This document shows, in pieces, positions 1 through 9,276 of a stretch of 64,000 bases of DNA. Each line of letters opens with the position of its first letter. Position 1 is the stretch's first letter. This DNA is from a virus. A model generated the notes under the pieces. That model was not told the DNA's origin. It worked only from the letters and a program-made list of their open reading frames with translations, and made no database searches. The position numbers were made by a program, and so were the translations under genes. The stretch spans positions 64,001 through 128,000 of IMG/VR virus record IMGVR_UViG_3300046779_001735; one strand, given 5' to 3'.

Positions 1-2
1 AT

Positions 3-578
3 GAAACCAATATTGTAGGTACTCGTAACGTGTTGGATTTACGTAGTAAAAATTTTGTGCTTGCTAGTACAGGAGCAGCCGCAGGGCTTGGCAGTCCCTA
101 TGGTATTAGCAAGCGTGCAGCAGAAGACATAGTCACACAAGTGTGTAGAGAACGCGAACGCAGTTATACAATATTTAGATTTTATAATGTAATTGGGTCC
201 GATGGCGTTCCACCTACCAATCCTGATGGGCTCATGATGAACTTGATCAAGGCTCGTGAAACCGGCGAGTTTCAGCTCAACGGCGTTGATTATAATACAC
301 GGGATGGCACATGTTTGCGAGACTATGTACATGTGAATGAAATCTGTCATGCATTGATTAAAGCCATTGATCAGCCAGCTAATGGTCTAGAGAATCTTGG
401 GCATGGTGCAGGTATCACTGTGCAGGAAATGATAGACATGTTCAAACGTGTAAACAACTGCGATTTTCAAGTGCGTGTGGGACAGCGTCGTAGTGGTGAT
501 CTTGAAGCCAGTGTACTAGATAATCCCAGCGATTATTTGCCCAGACTTTACAATCTAGAAGATTTGCTTAAGATCTAA
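3..578 (+). CDS. NAD-dependent sugar epimerase/dehydratase (GalE-like extended SDR), 5' end outside window
   Basis: Frame is open from the window start (ETNIVGTRNVLD...). YxxxK catalytic motif (YGISK) plus the RFYNVIG and DGTCLRDYVHV motifs of UDP-glucose 4-epimerases. Confidence 0.85.
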   Translation, partial: ETNIVGTRNVLDLRSKNFVLASTGAAAGLGSPYGISKRAAEDIVTQVCRERERSYTIFRFYNVIGSDGVPPTNPDGLMMNLIKARETGEFQLNGVDYNTRDGTCLRDYVHVNEICHALIKAIDQPANGLENLGHGAGITVQEMIDMFKRVNNCDFQVRVGQRRSGDLEASVLDNPSDYLPRLYNLEDLLKI

Positions 579-584
579 ATTCTG

Positions 585-611
585 CGCCGATACGACTTAT
601 AAATATCGGCG
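585..611 (+). promoter_or_regulatory. T4-type late promoter TATAAATA (598-605) embedded in an 8-bp hairpin just before the ATG at 614
   Basis: CGCCGATA (585-592) pairs with TATCGGCG (604-611). TATAAATA matches the T4 gp55 late promoter consensus. Confidence 0.7.
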
Positions 612-613
612 TT

Positions 614-1300
614 ATGAAATCCATTCCTATTTTTATCGGGTTCGATCCCCGTGAAGCAGTGGCATATCATGTGTGCTCAAACAGCATCATACGTCACTCC
701 AAACATCCAGTATCAATTACCCCTTTGGCATTGAACAATCTTGGTGATTACACCGAGACTCATGCCGACGGTAGCAATCAATTTATCTACAGTAGATTTC
801 TTGCACCTTTTCTATCTGATTATCAAGGATGGGCGTTGTTTATTGATGGTGACATGCTGCTCCGAGCTGATATTCAAGAACTCTGGAATCTGTGCGACCA
901 ATCCAAGGCAGTCATGGTGGTCAAACACGATTATCAAACTCGCATGACCGAAAAGTATCTAGGCAGTAAAAATGAAAATTATCCAAGAAAAAACTGGAGC
1001 AGCGTGATATTATGGAACTGTGCACACCCAAAAAATCTTGTGCTCACCCCTCGTTGGATCCAGAATGCCACAGGGGCTCAATTACACAGATTTACCTGGC
1101 TAGATGACAGTGATATAGGCGAGCTACCACGAGAATGGAATTGGCTGCCAGATGAATACGGGGCCAATCCTGATGCTAAGTTATTGCACTACACGTTGGG
1201 CACACCATGCTTTCATGATTTCGCTCTGACTCCCATGGCAGATGAGTGGCATCGTGAGCGAATCTACACAGATTACAGCACCCAGCGAGGTCTAGATTAA
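614..1300 (+). CDS. GT-A fold glycosyltransferase (GT8-like)
   Basis: IFIGFDPRE, FIYSRFL, DxD (DGD), YPRKNWSSVILWN and LHYTLGTP motifs. Confidence 0.8.
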   Translation: MKSIPIFIGFDPREAVAYHVCSNSIIRHSKHPVSITPLALNNLGDYTETHADGSNQFIYSRFLAPFLSDYQGWALFIDGDMLLRADIQELWNLCDQSKAVMVVKHDYQTRMTEKYLGSKNENYPRKNWSSVILWNCAHPKNLVLTPRWIQNATGAQLHRFTWLDDSDIGELPREWNWLPDEYGANPDAKLLHYTLGTPCFHDFALTPMADEWHRERIYTDYSTQRGLD

Positions 1301-1301
1301 T

Positions 1302-2948
1302 ATGTGGAAAGTGTACATTGGATGGGATCCGGCACAACAAGAAGCAGCAGAAGTTTGTAGATACACACTGTTAAAACACAGCACTATTCCTTTGCAGGTT
1401 AGTTTTTTAAGATTAAAAGATCTTCAAGAGCAAAAAATAATTTGGGCAAAAGATTTAGAAGCTACCACAGAAACCACACTCTCTAGATTTCTTGTGCCGC
1501 ACCTAAGCCAATATCAGGGCTGGAGTTTGTATGTTGATCCTGACTATGTGTTTATGGGTGATGTAAGAGAACTGTTTCAAAGCATGGAGTCTAGATATGC
1601 TTGTTCAGTAGTAAAGGTACAGTACAAACCTCAACAAGAAACCAAACTAGACGGACGAACACAGGTCACATATCCAAGAAAGTGCTGGAGTAGTTTGATT
1701 TTATATAATAATTCACATGGAAAAATCAAGAGCCTTACTCCAGAATTTGTGAACCAATCCAAGCCAAGTTTCCTACATAGATTTGACTGGATAGCAGGCA
1801 ACGAACTTGGTGGATTAAATCTTGAATGGCAAGTGATTCCTGGGTACGCAGATGCCAGCATAGAAACATCCAAGATTAAAGCTCTACATTTTACCGCCGG
1901 CGGCCCTTGGCACCCACAAGCACGCAGTGTTGAATATGGGTGGTATTATAGTGAAGCACTTAATCAATTCAAACAGAGTCAGCAACTGCAACCTCCTCCC
2001 AAGTTGTTTGATGCATTGCCTCAATCAGTAACAGATGTATTCAACAAAATCATAAACTACAGACATGACCCTGCAGGTCATTATTATAAAGATTCAAGTT
2101 ACGAGCAAATAATCAAGGACTTAGCTATGTTAGACAACAAAGCCTGCGTAGCAGTTGAAGCCGATACTGAAGATGAAGCCAGCGACAAGCTAGAAGCCAA
2201 AGGACAAAACTATGATCCATTTCTAAAAAGTTTTATCATTGGATCTGGTGGACAAATTTCAGTATGGGATAAAACTAGCGAAAGCAAGGCGCCAGTGGTA
2301 GTACGAGGTGTGACCAAGCGCAAACAAATGGATGCTTGTAGAAAATCCGGACGAGATTTTTACTATATTGACACAGGGTATTTTGGTAATGGCAGAAAGA
2401 AAACCTATCACCGTGTTACCAAAAATAACATGCAGTATCTTGGAGAAGTCAAGCATCGGCCTAGAGATAGACTGTCAGCAACTGGTTGGCAAGTACGTAA
2501 ATTTCGGCCAGGAGCAAATATATTATTGGCACCACCAAGTCAAAAATTGCTGATGTGCTATGACATTGATCTAGATAAATGGCTAGAAGAAACAGTTGCA
2601 CAAATGAAGTTGTTTACTGACCGTGAGATAATCATTAGAAACAAAGCCAGTCGCAGTGTAAGACAAAGTACTGATACTATGGAAATGGCTCTAGAGAGAA
2701 ATGTTCATTGTTTAGTGACATTTAGTTCTATAGCTGCAATAGAAGCCATCTGTCTGGGCAAGCCAGCGATAGTGCTTGGTCCCAGTGCCGCAGCCCCAGT
2801 GTGTAGTCGGGCAGTCAAAGACATTGAAAATCCTTTCATTCCCACACTTGATGAAGTAGAGGAATGGTTAGCACATCTAGCTTACTGTCAATTCACAGAG
2901 GCTGAGATGCGCGACGGTACGGCCTGGCGGATTCTCAATGACAATTGA
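1302..2948 (+). CDS. Two-domain glycosyltransferase: GT-A domain plus a KpsC/KpsS-like GT-B domain
   Basis: The N-half is a paralog of 614..1300 (YIGWDP, SRFLVP, DPD, YPRKCWSS). The C-half (YYIDTGYFGN, ILLAPPS, VTFSSIAAIEAICLGKP) is a paralog of 10860..11663. Confidence 0.7.
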   Translation: MWKVYIGWDPAQQEAAEVCRYTLLKHSTIPLQVSFLRLKDLQEQKIIWAKDLEATTETTLSRFLVPHLSQYQGWSLYVDPDYVFMGDVRELFQSMESRYACSVVKVQYKPQQETKLDGRTQVTYPRKCWSSLILYNNSHGKIKSLTPEFVNQSKPSFLHRFDWIAGNELGGLNLEWQVIPGYADASIETSKIKALHFTAGGPWHPQARSVEYGWYYSEALNQFKQSQQLQPPPKLFDALPQSVTDVFNKIINYRHDPAGHYYKDSSYEQIIKDLAMLDNKACVAVEADTEDEASDKLEAKGQNYDPFLKSFIIGSGGQISVWDKTSESKAPVVVRGVTKRKQMDACRKSGRDFYYIDTGYFGNGRKKTYHRVTKNNMQYLGEVKHRPRDRLSATGWQVRKFRPGANILLAPPSQKLLMCYDIDLDKWLEETVAQMKLFTDREIIIRNKASRSVRQSTDTMEMALERNVHCLVTFSSIAAIEAICLGKPAIVLGPSAAAPVCSRAVKDIENPFIPTLDEVEEWLAHLAYCQFTEAEMRDGTAWRILNDN

Positions 2949-3837
2949 TGTTGTAGTTTATTTCAGTAGTCTGCAAAAACAAACACCCAGTCGCAAGATT
3001 GATGTGTTGCAGGCCTTTGCTGACGGCGCTCGAAGTCAAGGTGCATCAGTGGTGATAGAGAAAAGCTACAATATCAAACCGGCTAGGTTGGCTGTGATAT
3101 TGGGTTGGCCTAGTCCATTGCAAGATGGACCCAACATACGTCTTAGACATGCTGTGGTAAAAGAACAAAAAAGAACAAATAATCATGTCATGGCCATTGA
3201 TGCGAGTACATTTAAGTTTCATGACAGCACCGGCAAGTACCTACGCTATAGCTTAAATGGCGTGTTTTATGACACAGCAGAATACGCTAACCGTAATAGT
3301 GATGCTGCAAGATGGCTTACTATTAGTAAAGACCTAGGTCTACAACTTCAACCCTGGCGTTCAGGTGGTAATTATGTGCTGCTATTGATGCAGCGTGATG
3401 GCGGCTGGAGTATGAAAGGCCTTAATCCTATAGAATGGACACGCAACAAAATAGCCGATCTACGTCGCGTGACAGATTTACCTATCCTAGTAAGACCCCA
3501 TCCTGGTAAAAAAATTGATTTATCCGACCTTGCGAATCTCAATGTCATGATCAGTCCCAGCAAAATCAGATCATTAAATGATGACCTAGCTGATGCACAA
3601 TCAGCCTGCGTGTTTAATTCCAGTTCAGGAGTAGCATCTATTCTAGCAGGAGTTCCTTTGTTAGTTGATGATCGCAGCTCGGTTTGCTGGGACGTTTCTC
3701 ATCATGGCCTAGACGAACTAGCAGAGCCACGTTGGTTCCCTAGAGAACAGTGGATTTATGACCTAGCTGCATGCCACTGGAGCGACGAAGAAAGCCGTCG
3801 CGGGCTTGTATTCAACAAATTTTTGCCCTTCCTATAA
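2938..3837 (+). CDS. Capsule-biosynthesis (KpsC/KpsS-like) glycosyltransferase
   Basis: LLMQ...VRPHP...VFNSSSGVASILAGVP resembles the Q, HP and NS-x-G-x-EA motifs of the capsule-synthesis family. Confidence 0.6.
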   Translation: MTIDVVVYFSSLQKQTPSRKIDVLQAFADGARSQGASVVIEKSYNIKPARLAVILGWPSPLQDGPNIRLRHAVVKEQKRTNNHVMAIDASTFKFHDSTGKYLRYSLNGVFYDTAEYANRNSDAARWLTISKDLGLQLQPWRSGGNYVLLLMQRDGGWSMKGLNPIEWTRNKIADLRRVTDLPILVRPHPGKKIDLSDLANLNVMISPSKIRSLNDDLADAQSACVFNSSSGVASILAGVPLLVDDRSSVCWDVSHHGLDELAEPRWFPREQWIYDLAACHWSDEESRRGLVFNKFLPFL

Positions 3838-3880
3838 ATACCCTTGGGACGCAAGATCCCTATAACAATAATAATAAAAG
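3833..3880 (+). promoter_or_regulatory. Late promoter TATAAATA (3833-3840), small hairpin and (AAN)n A-rich leader
   Basis: TATAAATA overlaps the upstream stop. It is followed by GGGAC-GCAA-GATCCC and AACAATAATAATAAAAG. Confidence 0.6.
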
Positions 3881-3892
3881 GGAAAATGAGAA

Positions 3893-4675
3893 GTGGATCC
3901 ACTCACACTATTTGCACTGGCAAATGGTGCTGTCAAGCTTGTAAAAGAAGGATGTAAACTTTACAAGGACATCAAGGGAGCAGCCGGCGACATCAAGGAT
4001 GTTCTGCAGGATCTTGACGACCAATTCAATAAAAAATACAAAGATCACCCACCTACAGTAGCTGAACGTAATCAGTATGTTCAAGAAAAAAATCGCATCA
4101 TTGAACTCAACAAAAAAGATGGCGAAACTGTCAACATCTATCAAGAAATTGGCGATCAACTAGGCGCATACTTTGACAACTATTACAAGTGCATGGCGAT
4201 CTTTGAAGAGGAAGAACGTCGAGCTCATACCGAAGTATATGTAGGTGAAGACAGCATAGGTAAACGTGCTTTAAAACGTGTGCTGATGAAAAAGCAACTC
4301 ATACAAATGCAAGCCGAGCTTCGTGAAATTATGGTGTATCAAAGTCCTCCTGAACTAGGAGCACTTTATACAGAAGTAGAAGAAATGATGAAAGAGATGG
4401 GCAAAGAACAGGTAGTGTTAATTGCCGAGAAGATGCAAAAAGAAAGAGCAGCACTGATTGCCCGACGCCGTAGAATCAATCGTATACGATGCGATGCATG
4501 GAAATGGGGATTAACTTTGTTATTTGCAGGGTATATTGTTTGGTTGGCCTGGGCAGTGGTTCAAATACGTATTGAAGCGCGGCCTGAACTAGGAAGGTGT
4601 CTATTGCCCAAAGGCACTTTGTTTTATGAAAAATATAATAACCTTAAATGGATTGATTGCGAAATAAATGATTGA
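3893..4675 (+). CDS. Hypothetical coiled-coil protein with C-terminal transmembrane helix
   Basis: 260-aa ORF with a GTG start after a late promoter. Hydrophobic segment WGLTLLFAGYIVWLAWAVV. Confidence 0.75.
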   Translation: MDPLTLFALANGAVKLVKEGCKLYKDIKGAAGDIKDVLQDLDDQFNKKYKDHPPTVAERNQYVQEKNRIIELNKKDGETVNIYQEIGDQLGAYFDNYYKCMAIFEEEERRAHTEVYVGEDSIGKRALKRVLMKKQLIQMQAELREIMVYQSPPELGALYTEVEEMMKEMGKEQVVLIAEKMQKERAALIARRRRINRIRCDAWKWGLTLLFAGYIVWLAWAVVQIRIEARPELGRCLLPKGTLFYEKYNNLKWIDCEIND

Positions 4676-4865
4676 CGAACCAATAAAACCAAAAAAAGCC
4701 AAAAAAAAACTTGCTGTACCACCGGAGTTTCTTGAAAGTGCCAAGAGTTACGATGATAAACTCGTATTGGTCAAATACCTAGCAGAAAAAGAAAAAGGTC
4801 GATTTATGCTGTTGGTAAAAAAAATGTTGGAACCTGAACCTCCAAAAAAGCCTCCTAGGTCTTAG
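4668..4865 (+). CDS. Small Lys/Pro-rich hypothetical protein
   Basis: Overlaps the end of the upstream ORF and fills the gap to the convergent operon. Confidence 0.6.
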   Translation: MIDEPIKPKKAKKKLAVPPEFLESAKSYDDKLVLVKYLAEKEKGRFMLLVKKMLEPEPPKKPPRS

Positions 4866-5523
4866 GAGCTTTCAGCGTCCACCACGCCACAGCGGCATCA
4901 GCTTTTTTATACTGTGATACAAAATCATAGGTAATTTGCCACTCATCTGGATGCTGATAGTTACCTCGTATCAATGGCATGTGAGTTCTCACAGTATAGG
5001 CACGAGTTTCAGGAAGCATTAACAATCTAAATGTTCTATTGCCGCTTTTGAGTTTTTTTAGATTTTGACTTTCCCACAGCGGGGCATCAGTGGGTGATAT
5101 CTTTGCTCTATTGGCACAGATAACAAAATCTTGCACTTTGGGAAAGCCTTGTGCAGGAATACGGTTATAGTTTTCTGCAAAGTCTGTGACCAACTCCATG
5201 CCAATGTATGCAAGATCATTTTCGTTGTTGACAATCATTGACATTTCTTTTAAGATAACATCAACTGCGGCATCGCTGAGCCAGACATCAGTGCGCATTT
5301 TGATTATGTGCTTTTCTGTCATACGCGACAGAGCTTGATAGAAATCCCAAACTTGTATTACACCTGCCAAGTCGCTGGGACAATTTCTTGACCATGCTTT
5401 ATTCCAGGTATAATCATAGATTTGTATAGGCCAGTTTTCTCTTAACCGGTTCCATAATTTTTCATGATTTACACGACCAATGTCTGAGAATCTTGGTTCA
5501 CCAATATAAAATATACCTATCAT
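4855..5523 (-). CDS. Hypothetical protein, possible glycosyltransferase; paralog of 5520..6362
   Basis: Start revised to MIGIFYIG (ATGA overlap with the upstream stop). Shares FY.G..R, QVWDF, RTD.W, VQDFVI and SGN..FR with its neighbour. Confidence 0.65.
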   Translation of the reverse strand: MIGIFYIGEPRFSDIGRVNHEKLWNRLRENWPIQIYDYTWNKAWSRNCPSDLAGVIQVWDFYQALSRMTEKHIIKMRTDVWLSDAAVDVILKEMSMIVNNENDLAYIGMELVTDFAENYNRIPAQGFPKVQDFVICANRAKISPTDAPLWESQNLKKLKSGNRTFRLLMLPETRAYTVRTHMPLIRGNYQHPDEWQITYDFVSQYKKADAAVAWWTLKAPKT

Positions 5524-6362
5524 AATTTTTGCCAATCCCACCATTCATCAACTGTTATGTCTTTTGGCGCCCACTGTTGTTGTGATCGCCACCAATTCAC
5601 AGCATCCTGCATGGGATGCGGAATTGCTAGGTTTTTCTTGCCAGCTTTTGCTTTGTCGTCAACAATATAACTTTGGATGTAATCTCTCACAACAATGTTG
5701 TTATCTGGATATTCTTCATAGGTTTGTCGAACAAGCCAGATCTGACACAGGATTCTATGTGCTCTACTAACTTGATCTAGTCCATCCATCTTTAAAATGT
5801 ATCTAAAAAGTTTATTTCCGCTGCGGCGTTTGTTAGGGTTTAACAAATCAATATCAGTTATCACGGTGTTAAAATCTTTGAGACCATCGCGACGAGCTGC
5901 AATCACAAAATCTTGCACGTGGTGGTCGCGATGAATGTTTACTGGTAATTTTAAATTAATCATTCCAATAGCTTCGTTGAGCCAGTCACTGCCAAAATAT
6001 GCAACGTCAGTTTTGTTGTTTAACAACAGTTGTATTTCATCACAGATTACCTTTACACTTGATTCAGTAAACCAAAGATCCGTTCTCAATCTAATCACAA
6101 CGGGTTCTTGAGTGCGTTCTACACCACGCATAAAGTCCCAGACTTGCACAGCACCACCAAATCCACGGCGGTATTTGTTGTCTGGATCGGCTTGTCTGTG
6201 TGGAGGATCATAAGGACATTGTGTACGCTCAGGATCATCTCGTGTGAATCTATACACATTGACTTCGCAGAATTGACTCAGCTGATCAATCAGTAGTTTG
6301 TGATTGGCAGCAGCTATGTCTTGATTGTGACGAACGTCGCCTGTGTAAAATACTGCTATCAC
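5520..6362 (-). CDS. Hypothetical protein, possible glycosyltransferase (R-x-R-x-D motif)
   Basis: AVFYTGDVR...IRLRTDLWF. Lies inside the glycan operon. Confidence 0.65.
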   Translation of the reverse strand: MIAVFYTGDVRHNQDIAAANHKLLIDQLSQFCEVNVYRFTRDDPERTQCPYDPPHRQADPDNKYRRGFGGAVQVWDFMRGVERTQEPVVIRLRTDLWFTESSVKVICDEIQLLLNNKTDVAYFGSDWLNEAIGMINLKLPVNIHRDHHVQDFVIAARRDGLKDFNTVITDIDLLNPNKRRSGNKLFRYILKMDGLDQVSRAHRILCQIWLVRQTYEEYPDNNIVVRDYIQSYIVDDKAKAGKKNLAIPHPMQDAVNWWRSQQQWAPKDITVDEWWDWQKL

Positions 6363-7381
6363 AAAAAATCTCCTATGGTATCACTGTCTCGTGGTATGTT
6401 CACGGCTATGGCTCGTGGATAAGGATTGGCTGTGTTGTAATCGTTAATTAATATACGTTTGACATTCTTCAATCCAGTGATCAAAGTAAAATCTTTAAAC
6501 CCTAATGAGTCAAGCATAGCGTGGATTTCGTCATATCGCTCTGTGGGTCTTGCTGTGGTAAACACAAGCTGTGAACCTTGTGCAACCATGTCTTGTACTA
6601 GTTTGATATTTTTAACTAGCGGCACAGGTGGCTCACCAAATTCTTCTCTAGCCTGCGCATGTACAACAGTTCCATCAATATCACAAAAAATCACAGCCAG
6701 GTCATTGTAAGCGTGCCATTCTTCAGCAGTGCCAACATCAACATATTGGTCAACAAGCTGTGCAGAAAACACATGATCTTGTGCTAAACAATGTTTTATA
6801 ACATGGCTAACAAACACTTCGCCGCTGTGATGGCTCAGCTCATCATAGGCTTGAACAAATGTTGCAGCACTGCTAAATTTGTATCCACCCACACAAAACA
6901 ATTCACTTATAACTTGTTTTTCCGCAATGTCAGTAACGATATCATGTGTGTTGACACGTACAAAACTCTTGCTGGCCAGCCGTTTCAAAACTTCATGTTG
7001 AGCAATGTTGCTGACACATACGTAGTTGCCAGGTGGATTGTCATGGGAAAAGAAGCTATCACAGTCTTTGATTAGTATTTCACTGCCTAGATCAATGTTG
7101 GCTTGTGTAATTATTTCACGTACTGTGTGCGCCGGACCGGTTGTGATTTGTTCTAGGATTACAGGATTGACGTGATCGCTGTATTTTTCTTTGAGGTATC
7201 GCAGCACTGGATAGGATTCAACATGTTGTTTGAGTACGCCAATTGTAACACGATGTTGTCCTACGTATTGCTCAATAGCACGTTCAATCATCATTGCACC
7301 ACTGTGATCAGTCAGGGTGTATTTTGGTCTCATGCCCGGAAAGCGAGTGCTCAACCCAGCAGCTGGTACTATTATTTCCAT
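6359..7381 (-). CDS. Sugar-phosphate nucleotidyltransferase fused to a HAD phosphatase
   Basis: N-terminal IVPAAGLSTRF and DVGTAEE. C-terminal HAD motif FCDIDGT...FTTAR. Confidence 0.8.
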   Translation of the reverse strand: MEIIVPAAGLSTRFPGMRPKYTLTDHSGAMMIERAIEQYVGQHRVTIGVLKQHVESYPVLRYLKEKYSDHVNPVILEQITTGPAHTVREIITQANIDLGSEILIKDCDSFFSHDNPPGNYVCVSNIAQHEVLKRLASKSFVRVNTHDIVTDIAEKQVISELFCVGGYKFSSAATFVQAYDELSHHSGEVFVSHVIKHCLAQDHVFSAQLVDQYVDVGTAEEWHAYNDLAVIFCDIDGTVVHAQAREEFGEPPVPLVKNIKLVQDMVAQGSQLVFTTARPTERYDEIHAMLDSLGFKDFTLITGLKNVKRILINDYNTANPYPRAIAVNIPRDSDTIGDFL

Positions 7382-8124
7382 AAATTTTCAATTGCCTCTA
7401 CAATAAATTTTTGTTCTTCGCTGGCAGCATCACAGTAACGATAAACACGCAACAGCATTAAAGTTAGTAAAATAGAATTGTTAGCATCAGGCCATTGAGA
7501 CAGTAAGCCTTGCTCTAGATATTGTAATTTTTGATCAAGATCCGCTGGATTGTTTCTCAAAAACCAACCGCACTTGATGTCTTGTCTAAGTTTGCAAATA
7601 TCAAAGATATAACTATCCCAGATACCACTCTGTGCATCAATAAGATAAAAACCTTTAGTGGGGTGCCACAGTATGTTTTCAAGTGTTAGGTCGCCGTGAT
7701 AAGGACTCTTGGGTAATTTAGTGGGTATAGATTGTAAAATTTCCGCAGCGGCGAATGGCATACTATCAAGATCAATTATATCTAAAAAGTCCTCTGCTGT
7801 GGATTGATAGTTAACGGTTTCAATACACATAGTGAATTTTGTCAGCACTGACTTTAAAAAAATCAACAACGGTTCAGGATCATTATCAAGCAAATATGTA
7901 CGCATGTCAATGCCATCAACGTATTCCATGTCTATGGTATCATCAAACACATGGTATATTTCTGGCATTGGTACTGACGGAATTTGTTTTGATAATACAG
8001 TGTACCTGTCAAGATTCCTGGCAATGTTACCTTGTTTGCGTACAAACAAACGGCCGTGTTTGGTCATCAAGAAAATCTTGCTGCCACTGTGTCCGTGAAA
8101 CTGCTGTACGATACGTGCTGCCAT
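7372..8124 (-). CDS. APH/choline-kinase-like phosphotransferase
   Basis: GHSGS loop, VRK, Brenner motif HGDLTLENIL and LID. Confidence 0.75.
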   Translation of the reverse strand: MAARIVQQFHGHSGSKIFLMTKHGRLFVRKQGNIARNLDRYTVLSKQIPSVPMPEIYHVFDDTIDMEYVDGIDMRTYLLDNDPEPLLIFLKSVLTKFTMCIETVNYQSTAEDFLDIIDLDSMPFAAAEILQSIPTKLPKSPYHGDLTLENILWHPTKGFYLIDAQSGIWDSYIFDICKLRQDIKCGWFLRNNPADLDQKLQYLEQGLLSQWPDANNSILLTLMLLRVYRYCDAASEEQKFIVEAIENLWK

Positions 8125-8672
8125 TATTTTGTTGCCACCACTCTTGAGTCAATGCTACTTTTACCGTATTGGTTGGGTTGTATTTCTGTGCGAGAAAACC
8201 CTGCTTCTTGAAACATACGACACATGGCTTCAGCACTGTATCCCCATTTGTGTAACATTGTGGGATCAGGATAACGTGCTGAATCTCCGTAGATACCAGA
8301 TATTGTACGTTTGGTTAGACGCTTGTCAGTGGTCCAAAAGCAATCAGGATACTTGATTACTTCCTGGCACATTTTCAGCAGATCCGGCCACTCCATGGCA
8401 ACAGATCCTCCAGGGCGACATATTCTATAAAATTCACGGAACATAGGCATCACATATTGACGGCTGAGATGTTCTACTACATGCACAGTCAGTATTTCAT
8501 CTACTGTGTTGTCTGCCAGTGCAAATGGCTTGGTGATATCTTGTATTACAACGTCCGGATCATGCTGCATGTACTCACCATCTACGTTGATCCATCCTGC
8601 TAGTTTTACAGTGCCACAGCCAAGGTGCAAGCGCACGGGTCCAACACAGTTTTTTACAGTTTGTTCAAGCAT
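8124..8672 (-). CDS. Class I SAM-dependent methyltransferase
   Basis: LHLGCG...GWINVD...HVVEHL...PGG. Confidence 0.8.
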   Translation of the reverse strand: MLEQTVKNCVGPVRLHLGCGTVKLAGWINVDGEYMQHDPDVVIQDITKPFALADNTVDEILTVHVVEHLSRQYVMPMFREFYRICRPGGSVAMEWPDLLKMCQEVIKYPDCFWTTDKRLTKRTISGIYGDSARYPDPTMLHKWGYSAEAMCRMFQEAGFSRTEIQPNQYGKSSIDSRVVATK

Positions 8673-9276
8673 CTTTTTTAGTTCCTAACATCATAACCAA
8701 TAGGTAAGGCAAATATTTTTTTTGACTGCCATCATCATTAATATGTATCAAAGTCCATTTACTATCGCGTCCTATCTCGCCGCGGCTGACCCAGCGTATA
8801 TCTCCACCTTGTTCTCCGGCATAAGCAAAATTGTCCCAAGTAAAGTCAGGATACAACGTTTCAACGCCACGATGACTAAATCTAAAATAGTCGTCAGGAT
8901 AAGCATGATAACGCCAGGACCAAGGCACACTGATAAACAACTGTCCGCCTGGTTTGACTACTTCTGTGATTTTTTCTGCCATGATCCAGGGTTTTGTAAC
9001 ATGTTCCATGACACTGCAACATAGCACCAAATCAAATGTGTTTTTTGGCAGTGGATTTTCATCTGCGGTTAAATCGCAAACATAGTCAACGTCTGGTCCT
9101 TCTTCAAGGTCAGTGCCAAAATACTCAACTGTGTCAGTGTGTTGGCAATTGTCACAGGGTTCAGTAAAAAACTTTCTGAATCCAGTGGTGTTGAATCTTG
9201 CTCCAACTTCTAAGATTGACCCATTGATTTTACCCACGGTTTTCTTTATATACAACAAATCATTTGGACTACCCAC
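8665..9276 (-). CDS. Class I SAM-dependent methyltransferase
   Basis: ILEVGA...FDLVLCCSVMEHV...KPGG...YHAYPDDYFRF. Confidence 0.8.
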   Translation of the reverse strand: MGSPNDLLYIKKTVGKINGSILEVGARFNTTGFRKFFTEPCDNCQHTDTVEYFGTDLEEGPDVDYVCDLTADENPLPKNTFDLVLCCSVMEHVTKPWIMAEKITEVVKPGGQLFISVPWSWRYHAYPDDYFRFSHRGVETLYPDFTWDNFAYAGEQGGDIRWVSRGEIGRDSKWTLIHINDDGSQKKYLPYLLVMMLGTKKDA

